Below the pieces are notes generated by a model, which was not told the origin of the DNA, ran no database searches, and worked only from the letters and a program-made list of their open reading frames with translations. A program made the translations under genes and the position numbers. Shown piece by piece: positions 56,458 through 64,000 of a DNA stretch of 64,000 nucleotides. The DNA is from Pseudomonadota bacterium (lineage in GTDB: Bacteria; Pseudomonadota; Alphaproteobacteria; Rhizobiales; Xanthobacteraceae). Positions within the stretch are counted from its first letter, which is position 1. Each line of letters starts with the position of its first letter. The DNA is taken from the NCBI GenBank assembly GCA_049324435.1, contig JBMOOQ010000008.1, forward strand, positions 20,072 to 84,071, given 5' to 3'.

Positions 56458-57270
56458 TCACGCTGGCAGCGCGAAAGATTCGATTTCGATTTCTATGAAG
56501 ACACGCCCGATCGTTCCGACCGGGCGGTAGAACTCCGCACTTTCCGCACTTTCAAGATCGCCGAAGAAGCGCCCCATCCAGGGCACCACGTGGCTGTCGA
56601 AAAATTGCCGCTGGGTTTGTTCGCTCGCCGAGAGAGAACCGTCAGCAAGACGAGACATGACTTCGCAGACCAGCGCCGCGTGATCCTCCGGCTCACAATT
56701 ACCCTCTCGTCGCTCGACGCCGATCCTTGCGAGATCGTCGCGCAAACGCGCAAGCGGTCGCTCGTGCAGGAACCCGGTCAGATAATAAGAGCCGTAGGGA
56801 AGAAGCTCGCCACGCCCCAAGCCGATAAAGAGATCGAAAAACTCGCGCTCGACACGCTCCTCGGTCGCGCGCGACGCGGCCTCGGCAAGCGCCGCATGGG
56901 CGACACCTAACGGCGTCGCATCACCACGAAGTTGCGAAATCTTGCCGAGGAGCGCGGCGCTCGGCGCACGAGACAGTAACGTCGCCAGAAGAGCGTATTC
57001 TTGAGCGCGAGCCATATCGACGTCGTCGACATCGGAACGCGCATAGAGATCAGGCCGGAGAATCTCCCGGCGCACCTTGGTCGCCGCCTCGACGGCAATC
57101 ACGCGCTCGGCCGGGACACGATCCCAGCTTGAAACAGAGGGTTGTGAAATACCGATGCGCCGCGCGAGCTCGCTGATGCCGCCTGCTGCCTTGATCGCTT
57201 CGTCAAGTCCAACGTCGCGCATGATCATGCCGAAAAAAGATGCATCCGCTTCCAGATAAGAAGCAGTCAA
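56458..57270 (-). CDS. TorD-family redox-enzyme maturation chaperone with N-terminal Cro/YdaS-like HTH domain
   Basis: C-terminal TorD/DmsD-like pattern (FFDLFIGLGRGELLPYGSYYLTG...EPEDHAALVCEVMSRLA); N-terminal 85 aa resemble a Cro-like HTH (ELARRIGISQPSVSSW). Confidence 0.6.
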   Translation of the reverse strand: MTASYLEADASFFGMIMRDVGLDEAIKAAGGISELARRIGISQPSVSSWDRVPAERVIAVEAATKVRREILRPDLYARSDVDDVDMARAQEYALLATLLSRAPSAALLGKISQLRGDATPLGVAHAALAEAASRATEERVEREFFDLFIGLGRGELLPYGSYYLTGFLHERPLARLRDDLARIGVERREGNCEPEDHAALVCEVMSRLADGSLSASEQTQRQFFDSHVVPWMGRFFGDLESAESAEFYRPVGTIGRVFIEIEIESFALPA

Positions 57271-57346
57271 AACAATAGGCGTCGAGTTTGGAATTGGTCA
57301 ATAGTCCGAGGCTATGGGGCGGAAATTTGCCACAGCACTCAAATGG

Positions 57347-58033
57347 CTAGCCCGGCAGCGCACCGCCGTGGCGACGTTTCGAACCGGCCGCTGCAGGAAC
57401 CTTCGTCTGCTCGGTTTGACGCGGAGCGGAATTATCTTTTGTGCAATGCACTAACGATTCCGGATGGGACGCCAGATCGCGTTCTAATTGAACGGAACCA
57501 CCGTCCATCTCAGGCTCTTGCGACGCTTGTCGGGGCTCTTCGGTATCAGCGCCCGCTTGTTGCAGTGCGGTCGCCTCCGCACTGGATGCGCCCGGTGTCT
57601 CGTCTTTCAAAACCTGGGCCAGTAACGTTTTGACGTCATCGACCGGCAACAAAGGACCAAAGCCGTTGATCGCATCGGGGCTGGTGAAGTCCCAGGAATT
57701 CTCCGAAAGGCCAATAAAATCGCGTATCGATGGATCGGCGGACCATGCGCGACGAAGCGCCGCATGGGCCAGGCTCTGCGGGACACCAGGCTGCATGAAG
57801 ATGCTGACATCGGTATCGGGGCCGATCGAATCCAGAGACGGCAACTTGCTCAGATCAAAGACGGGTTCCTGTGGAACCGCGTCAGCCTTCGGAGGCACAT
57901 CAGGTCCTGCAGCCGCAACTTCGGCCTGCGGAGCGGCCGTTTCCGGTTCATTTGCCGGCAGCGACGCTTCTTTCGCCGCCTGACGTTTGCGGCGCGACCA
58001 GCGGGAAAGAAAGTCCTCGGGCGGTCGGGTCAT
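57347..58033 (-). CDS. DUF3306-like protein (formate dehydrogenase cluster-associated)
   Basis: N-terminus MTRPPEDFLSRWSRRKRQA then acidic/Pro-rich; family call from memory of this pattern. Confidence 0.45.
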   Translation of the reverse strand: MTRPPEDFLSRWSRRKRQAAKEASLPANEPETAAPQAEVAAAGPDVPPKADAVPQEPVFDLSKLPSLDSIGPDTDVSIFMQPGVPQSLAHAALRRAWSADPSIRDFIGLSENSWDFTSPDAINGFGPLLPVDDVKTLLAQVLKDETPGASSAEATALQQAGADTEEPRQASQEPEMDGGSVQLERDLASHPESLVHCTKDNSAPRQTEQTKVPAAAGSKRRHGGALPG

Positions 58034-58587
58034 GATTTGGGTTCGCGACTACGGATCGGTCGTTCGGTTCGCCCTGCCTTCGTTTGCGGTGCAGCCTGCG
58101 GCGTCACGTGATGAGCCAGCGCCTCAGGGTTCGCGCGCGTTCGCTTCCGCTTGAAAAACGGGCGCTCGACATGATGTTCCGCGACGAAGTCCTGGACAAG
58201 CTCGCGCAGCGCATCCGGCATCGGAAGCATTTCTATAATGTTGTCTCCGGCGCCGGCATAGGCTTCCGCTTCAGTCGGATCGGCGGTGACCCTGGCAAGC
58301 TCGTAAGGAACATCCCCGGACGAAGGCCGCAGTATAACCCACAGCGCGTTATCGCCAGCGAGATTGTCGCGATAGTTCCCGGTTTCGCTGCGGTAAAGTT
58401 CCAGCACGGCGTTGCCGGCATAAAACGTGACAACATCTCCGTCGTCGGACAATTTTGACCAGGGCTGCGCCTCCGCCTGGCCGATCAGAATGGCCGCGGG
58501 CTGCCATATGTAATCGATCCATGGGCTTGCAGCCTTGCGGCGCGACACCACAACGCCAAGCGGAACCTGTACCAATGCAGCGCTCAT
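58030..58587 (-). CDS. DUF3305-like protein
   Basis: Start ATG 58587 (MSAALVQVPLGVVVSRRK); ATGA overlap with downstream gene. Confidence 0.4.
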   Translation of the reverse strand: MSAALVQVPLGVVVSRRKAASPWIDYIWQPAAILIGQAEAQPWSKLSDDGDVVTFYAGNAVLELYRSETGNYRDNLAGDNALWVILRPSSGDVPYELARVTADPTEAEAYAGAGDNIIEMLPMPDALRELVQDFVAEHHVERPFFKRKRTRANPEALAHHVTPQAAPQTKAGRTERPIRSREPKS

Positions 58588-59591
58588 GACACGGCATCGC
58601 GTTGGTGAATTGGGAGACCCGCGATCAAATTCTGCGGCTTCATTCGAATCAGCTTGTGCTGCGACATGGCCAGGATCAGATAGACCGGCTCGGTGCCAAC
58701 CTTCTCCAGAACGATACGTGGGTCGCGAAACGTCAGGCGGAAGAGGCCAACCACCTGGGACGCTCTCGCATCGCCCAGTTCTTCGCCGGTCCAGAGCGCA
58801 TTTCCGATTCGGGTCGCATCCGCGTCGAGCCCGACATACCACCGCAGATCGACGTCGCGCATTTCGGTAAGCGGCTCGACCGTGACCTCGATTCCCATGA
58901 GATGGAGGATCCATCGCTCGATCACCCGCGCGAGCGCCGCAAGGCCGGCCCTCCCCGCGGTCAGGTCGATCGCAGTGTGGAACAAGTCGCTATGCTCCCA
59001 ATACAGATGCGCGTTATCGTCGTTCAGCACATCGATCTCGGCCTGCGCCGGAATGCCGAGCATGGATACAAGCGGGGACGCCGGCATGGCGCCGCCTCCG
59101 CTGATCGCTTCTTCATCGGCTGCGATCAGAGAACCTTCATGCAGTGTCAGCCGTTGTGTGCGGAAGAAGATTTCAGCGGCGCGCAGCACCATAGGCTCGT
59201 CGCATCCGTCCAGCGCATTGCGCAGGATCACATGAACGAGTTGATTGAGGAAGAGCGGTGGCGTGGAGCCGGTGCCGTGCCGGACGAGATCGACATAGGC
59301 AGCTTCAAGCGTTCTGTGCCGCAGAAGGTGATCGCGGAAGGCGATCATGAGAGTCCAGTTCTCGCGTGCATCGGCGTCGGCGATGGCCGCGATATCGTCT
59401 TTGGCAACGGCACGGCGAGGCTCGGCCATCAGGGCGGCATGCAGCGTCTTTTCGACCACGCAGGCCTCGGGCGGCGGCGCGAGTTCAGGCCTGGCCAAAT
59501 AGACCTTCAGAAACTCGTCGGTAACGACGAGGCCGCCGCCTTCCTCACGGTCCAGCAGATGATGCCCGCACGCCAGCCAGAAATCTCTCAC
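58584..59591 (-). CDS. Conserved hypothetical protein (fdh-cluster associated)
   Basis: 335-aa ORF, overlapping stop/start with neighbours. Confidence 0.4.
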   Translation of the reverse strand: MRDFWLACGHHLLDREEGGGLVVTDEFLKVYLARPELAPPPEACVVEKTLHAALMAEPRRAVAKDDIAAIADADARENWTLMIAFRDHLLRHRTLEAAYVDLVRHGTGSTPPLFLNQLVHVILRNALDGCDEPMVLRAAEIFFRTQRLTLHEGSLIAADEEAISGGGAMPASPLVSMLGIPAQAEIDVLNDDNAHLYWEHSDLFHTAIDLTAGRAGLAALARVIERWILHLMGIEVTVEPLTEMRDVDLRWYVGLDADATRIGNALWTGEELGDARASQVVGLFRLTFRDPRIVLEKVGTEPVYLILAMSQHKLIRMKPQNLIAGLPIHQRDAVS

Positions 59592-60127
59592 TTGCGAATC
59601 TCCTGGGCGAACGTCAGCAGGTCGACACGCTCTTCCTGATCGCCATCCTCATCTTCGGCCTCAAGGAACGCAAAGGCCCGCAGCGGCTTCGGCCCCTCCC
59701 GCCGATGCAGAGCGCGGAAGGTTTCTCGCAATTCGCCATTCTCGAAGGTGCGGTGAACCGCAATCAAAGTATCGACGGGCTGCGTGCAAAGCGATTCCGC
59801 AAAGCTCACCTCCTCATCAGCAGCAGCCCGCGCAACCGAAAGGTCCGGTGCGCCAAAATTCTGCGTGAGGCGCTGCGCCAGAACCTCGACAAGTGCAGCG
59901 CGATCAATCTCGGTTGCTTCCACGATCTGTACCAGAGTGGACCAACCGAGCGAATTGACCCCAAGAAACCCGGCGCGGAATGCCGTGCGCGCCTTGCCCT
60001 GCAGCCGATCAGGATCTGCATCGGAAAAGACGAACCCGCCGGAAATCGCCCACTCGCCCGGCTCGGCCGCACGCTCAAACACAAAGGTGTCCGATGGATC
60101 GAGGCGGATGGTGCGCAGCAACTTCAC
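59588..60127 (-). CDS. Conserved hypothetical protein (fdh-cluster associated)
   Basis: 179-aa ORF, operon context. Confidence 0.4.
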   Translation of the reverse strand: MKLLRTIRLDPSDTFVFERAAEPGEWAISGGFVFSDADPDRLQGKARTAFRAGFLGVNSLGWSTLVQIVEATEIDRAALVEVLAQRLTQNFGAPDLSVARAAADEEVSFAESLCTQPVDTLIAVHRTFENGELRETFRALHRREGPKPLRAFAFLEAEDEDGDQEERVDLLTFAQEIRK

Positions 60128-60891
60128 TGGCGCGGCCCCCGCGTTTGCGGATCGAACCAGGCCGGATTCTGGAACGCTGGACCGATCTGCCGGCGTTGAA
60201 TATCTGCCTCGCCAACCCGGCGAACCAGAAGATCGCCGTTTTCGGCGATCTGCCTCTCGACGCCTTTTTCACCATCGCTTGCAAGATACGGAAGATAGGT
60301 TCGCGCAACACCGGCGAAGCCCTGCTCCTGCCAGGTATCGATCGCAACCATAAAATGGCGAGCGAATGCTTCGATCAGACGCTCGGCGGCGAGTTCGCCG
60401 AACCCTTCTTCCGCAAGCGCAGACGTGAGCGGACGAAGACCGGCTTCGCCTTCGGCGAGCGACACGAGACGGATCATCGCGCCGAACACCATCCAATCGG
60501 GCGTCTGATTTTCATCGGTACCCGCAGGCCATGCGAGGCGCCCGCCTCCGACCAGACCGAGATTGACCAAGATCGTGTCCGGCCATTCGATCGCAACAGG
60601 CGTTTCGGGCGGCGCCAGCACCGCAATCGCGTCCGCAAGAGCTGCCATGCCCGCATACAATGAGCGGCGTGCCATCCGCAGCGGTTCGTCCGGTTCCAGC
60701 ACGAGCGCGAATTCCGCAAGGTCGAAGCGCCCGACATAAACCAGCGTGCCCGCACCCTCCGACGCCGCGTGCGTTACGGCATATTCAAAGGCATCGCCAA
60801 CCTCCCGCAGCCGCAACGGCCGGAAGGGCGGCGGCAGGTCGAGGGCCAGTTCCGTGGCGTTGGCTCTTTGGATCCGAGCGGCTGGTGGCAT
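60124..60891 (-). CDS. Hypothetical protein, possibly biotin/lipoate-protein-ligase-fold
   Basis: 255-aa ORF, first gene of the minus-strand accessory operon; fold guess only. Confidence 0.3.
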   Translation of the reverse strand: MPPAARIQRANATELALDLPPPFRPLRLREVGDAFEYAVTHAASEGAGTLVYVGRFDLAEFALVLEPDEPLRMARRSLYAGMAALADAIAVLAPPETPVAIEWPDTILVNLGLVGGGRLAWPAGTDENQTPDWMVFGAMIRLVSLAEGEAGLRPLTSALAEEGFGELAAERLIEAFARHFMVAIDTWQEQGFAGVARTYLPYLASDGEKGVERQIAENGDLLVRRVGEADIQRRQIGPAFQNPAWFDPQTRGPRQ

Positions 60892-60942
60892 GAGACCGGA
60901 TACCCATCTTCAGCTTAGTATAATTATAAGCTAAGAAGCGAT

Positions 60943-63009
60943 ATGACCAGCCGATCGCGGCGGTTTGCGACCGCGCAGTTCGGAGACCGAATGACAGAGC
61001 AAAAGCGGCAGATCGTGGTGTGCTCCTGCGAGGATACCATGCCGCTCGATATCGAGACGTTGCGTCGGTCTTGCGGCGGTGCGGAGCTTATATCTGGCCG
61101 TCAATTCTGCCGTTCGGAGCTGGATCGCTTCCGCAAGCTCGCCGCGGGCACCGGTTCCATAACGGTCGCCTGCACGCAGGAGGCTCCGGTCTTCGACGAG
61201 ATCGCCGACGAAACCGGAGCCAGCCTCCATTTTGTCAATATCCGGGAAAATGCCGGCTGGTCGGCGGAGGCGTCACAGGCCGCGCCGAAGATGGCGGCCT
61301 TGCTGGCTGCCGCAACCGAACCTTTGCCTGACATCGCTTCGGTCAGTTTCGACAGCGAAGGCATCATCCTGATCTATGGAACCAACGAATCCGCGATCGA
61401 GGCTGCCGACCTTCTGAAGGATCATCTCGACGTCACCGTGATGATTACGCGGCCGAAAAATCTGTTGCCGCGCCGCACGACCGAATTTCCGGTGGTGCAG
61501 GGATCGATCGTATCCGCCAAAGGCTATCTCGGACAATTCGAGATTGCCGTCGACGATTATGCCTCTCCCATTCCGTCGTCGCGCGCAACGCTGACATTCG
61601 GCACGCCGCGCAACGGAGCAACCTCGCACTGCGACATCATTCTGGACCTGTCCGGCGGCACACCGCTGTTCCCGGCGTCCGATCTGCGCGAAGGCTATTT
61701 GCGCGCCGATCCGAAGGACATTGCATCGGTGTTGCGTGCTGTGTTGAAAGCGCGCGAGCTTGTCGGCACTTTCGATAAACCCCGCTACATCGATTTCAGG
61801 GAGAGCCTGTGCGCGCATTCCCGCTCCCGCCGAGTGGGTTGCACGCGCTGTCTCGATCTGTGCCCCGCCGGCGCGATCTCTCCCGCCGGCGACCATGTTG
61901 CGATCGACCCTCACATCTGCGCCGGCTGCGGACAATGCGCCACAGCGTGTCCGACCGGTGCCGCAGGTTACGCGTTGCCTCCATCCGATGCGTTGCTGCG
62001 CAGATTGCGCATCATGCTGAAGACATACCGGGAGGCCGGCGGCCGCCATCCGGTTCTGCTGTTCCATGACGGAACGCACGGCATCGATATGATCGATGCG
62101 CTGGCGCGCCATGGTGATGGCCTGCCTGCGCATGTGTTGCCCATCGCCGTGAACGAAGTGACGCAGATCGGGCTCGAAGCGATTGCCGCTGCGTTCGCTT
62201 ATGGCGCCACGGCAATCCGTATTCTGCTGCGCGCGCGGCCGCGGCATGACATCACCGGCTTACGCAGAACCCTTGAACTCGCCGAGCCGATATTGTCCGG
62301 CCTCGGTTTTGGCGGCACGGTCGCGACGATCGAAACCGACGATCCCGACATGCTGGGCGAGCAGCTGCGCACGATCGAACCGACGGAACCGGCGCCGCGC
62401 CCGGCCTCCTTCATGCCGGCCGGCGGCAAACGTGAAGTCCTGCGCTTCGCACTGCGCGAACTCCACGCCGCAGCGCCAACGCCCGTGGATATAATTGTGT
62501 TGCCAGCCGGTGCCCCCTTCGGTGCAGTCGAGGTGAAGGTCGAGGGCTGCACATTATGTCTGTCTTGCGTGTCGGCCTGTCCGACGGGTGCATTTTCGGC
62601 AGAAGCCGAGCGGCCGGTCCTGAAATTTACCGAAGACGCCTGCGTGCAATGCGGGCTCTGCGTTGCGACATGCCCGGAACAGGTGATGGCTCTGCGGCCG
62701 CAAATCGATTTCCGCGCAGCAACGGCTTCGGCCCGGACCGTGAAGGAAGAAGCCCCGTTCCATTGCATCCGCTGCGACAAGCCGTTCGGGGTGAAGAGCA
62801 CCATTGACCGGGTCGCCGCCAAGCTGGAAGGCAAGCACTGGATGTTCAAGGGCAACACAAAACGTCTGGACGTCATCAAAATGTGCGAAGATTGCCGCGT
62901 CATCGCCATGACCGAGGACTCTTTCGATCCGTATGGCGCACCGGAGCGCGAGCGGCCCCGCACGACCGACGATTATCTGCGAGAACGGGATGAGAAGCTG
63001 TCAGGCTGA
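60943..63009 (+). CDS. Large 4Fe-4S ferredoxin-domain protein
   Basis: Two ferredoxin-type Cys motifs (CTRCLDLCPAGA...CAGCGQCATACP and CTLCLSCVSACP...CVQCGLCVATCP); 688 aa; start could be ATG 60991. Confidence 0.7.
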   Translation: MTSRSRRFATAQFGDRMTEQKRQIVVCSCEDTMPLDIETLRRSCGGAELISGRQFCRSELDRFRKLAAGTGSITVACTQEAPVFDEIADETGASLHFVNIRENAGWSAEASQAAPKMAALLAAATEPLPDIASVSFDSEGIILIYGTNESAIEAADLLKDHLDVTVMITRPKNLLPRRTTEFPVVQGSIVSAKGYLGQFEIAVDDYASPIPSSRATLTFGTPRNGATSHCDIILDLSGGTPLFPASDLREGYLRADPKDIASVLRAVLKARELVGTFDKPRYIDFRESLCAHSRSRRVGCTRCLDLCPAGAISPAGDHVAIDPHICAGCGQCATACPTGAAGYALPPSDALLRRLRIMLKTYREAGGRHPVLLFHDGTHGIDMIDALARHGDGLPAHVLPIAVNEVTQIGLEAIAAAFAYGATAIRILLRARPRHDITGLRRTLELAEPILSGLGFGGTVATIETDDPDMLGEQLRTIEPTEPAPRPASFMPAGGKREVLRFALRELHAAAPTPVDIIVLPAGAPFGAVEVKVEGCTLCLSCVSACPTGAFSAEAERPVLKFTEDACVQCGLCVATCPEQVMALRPQIDFRAATASARTVKEEAPFHCIRCDKPFGVKSTIDRVAAKLEGKHWMFKGNTKRLDVIKMCEDCRVIAMTEDSFDPYGAPERERPRTTDDYLRERDEKLSG

Positions 63010-63063
63010 CATTCTCCTGCAGCGGGTTTGGCTGCGGGTTGACGTTCGTGCTAATCGAAGCCG

Positions 63064-64000
63064 ATGACGTTCCGGGCGCCACGATCATTCCTGATAGCAT
63101 TTGCCGTATTGTTCGCGGCAGCGCCGGCCGCCGCGCAATTGCGCGGCCACGGCGGACCGGTGCGATCGGTGGCGGTCAGTGCCGACGGACACACAGCCAT
63201 TTCCGGAAGCTTCGATGGGTCGGCGATCCGTTGGTCGCTTGGGCGCAACACGGCACAGCAGGTGTTGCGCTTTCACGAGAGCGCGGTCAATGCCGTCGCG
63301 ATCATCGACTCCGATCACGAGGCAACCGGCGGCGAAGACGGCAAAATCGCGGTCTGGCGACATGGCAATCAGCTGCCTGAACGCATCTTTGAAGGCCATA
63401 CCGCGCCGATTGTTTCGCTGGCCGTGTCACCCGACGGAAAAACTCTGGCATCGGCCTCATGGGATCGCACGGTCCGGCTCTGGCCGCTGTCGGGCGGTGA
63501 CCCGCGTGTCCTCAACGGTCATGAGCAGAATGTGAATGGTGTCGCCTTCACCAGCGACGGCAAATTTCTCATCAGCGCGTCATATGATGCGACGCTTCGC
63601 ATCTGGCCGGCCGGCGGCGGCGACCCGCTTGTCGTAACGCTGCCGACGCCCCTCAACACGGTGGCCGTATCGTCGGACGGCGAAATTGCGACTGGGGGCG
63701 CAGACGGACGCGTCTATTTCCTCGGCCTCGACGGCAAACCGCGAGGCGACATCGACATAGCGAATAGTCCGGTGATTGCGCTTGCAATATCTCCAGACGG
63801 GGCGCTCGTCGCTGCTGCAGGCATTCGCGGCTCGGTCGGCATTGTGGACCGAAAAGATCGGAAGCTTCTGCGCACTCTTGTCGGTCCTGGCCTGCCAGTC
63901 TGGTCGGTTGCATTTCTGGCCGATAACACAACGATGCTGACCGGAGGCACCGACCGTCTGGTGCGCCGCTGGAATGCCGCAACCGGCGAGCATATCGGAG
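63064..64000 (+). CDS. WD40-repeat exported protein, 3' end outside window
   Basis: Open frame from ATG 63064 to window end; signal peptide MTFRAPRSFLIAFAVLFAAAPAAAQ; repeated GH...WD-like units (WSLG, VWRH, LWPL, IWPA, RWNA). Confidence 0.7.
   Translation, partial: MTFRAPRSFLIAFAVLFAAAPAAAQLRGHGGPVRSVAVSADGHTAISGSFDGSAIRWSLGRNTAQQVLRFHESAVNAVAIIDSDHEATGGEDGKIAVWRHGNQLPERIFEGHTAPIVSLAVSPDGKTLASASWDRTVRLWPLSGGDPRVLNGHEQNVNGVAFTSDGKFLISASYDATLRIWPAGGGDPLVVTLPTPLNTVAVSSDGEIATGGADGRVYFLGLDGKPRGDIDIANSPVIALAISPDGALVAAAGIRGSVGIVDRKDRKLLRTLVGPGLPVWSVAFLADNTTMLTGGTDRLVRRWNAATGEHIG

Noticed and set aside
1-64000. Searched by eye for tRNA/rRNA genes, CRISPR repeats, IS elements, integrases and phage genes, especially at the edges of the 25-40 kb accessory block
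   Set aside because: No clover-leaf-like conserved tRNA segments, no regularly spaced direct repeats, no transposase/integrase-like ORFs found; cannot exclude small ncRNAs without covariance-model searches

Overview
High-GC (~65%) alphaproteobacterial DNA. Gene content and order (hmuR-hmuPTUV with hmuQ, Bug/TctC binding protein, DUF1328, Liv-type ABC operon, N-type formate dehydrogenase) suggest a Bradyrhizobium/Rhodopseudomonas-like chromosome. Nearly all of the window is coding. Left third (1-25 kb): cell-envelope and housekeeping genes: lytic transglycosylase fragment, secreted small proteins, NUDIX, TctC, PAP2, a caspase-like peptidase, a 2-hydroxyacid DH/deacetylase/amidase operon, an enolase-superfamily enzyme with divergent LysR, PBP4, and a long minus-strand operon of two aldehyde dehydrogenases plus a LivKHMGF-type ABC importer. 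Middle (25-40 kb): an accessory block I read as a RiPP island. It holds a ParA-like ATPase + DUF697 gene pair and a class II lanthipeptide locus: a 49-aa LanA precursor that the ORF track missed, with its own terminator, divergent from a ProcM-like CCG-type LanM. It also holds a YojI/McjD-family ABC exporter in an operon with an SPFH protein and a coiled-coil membrane protein, a second DUF697 paralog, and a complete lasso-peptide set (precursor A with Thr-2/Gly1/Glu9, PqqD-like B1, protease B2, Asn-synthetase-like cyclase C). A frameshifted DUF3095-like gene coupled to an M20 amidohydrolase follows. Right third (41-64 kb): guanine deaminase, the heme-uptake locus (ChuX-like, hmuQ, hmuR; hmuPTUV with ATGA overlaps), a GNAT-like protein, a membrane-bound formate dehydrogenase (FdnGHI-like; Cys rather than Sec at the catalytic position) with TorD-like, DUF3305/DUF3306 and 4Fe-4S accessory genes, and the start of a WD40 protein. 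I saw no rRNA, tRNA, CRISPR array, transposase or integrase. All family assignments are from motifs read by eye; no database search was run.
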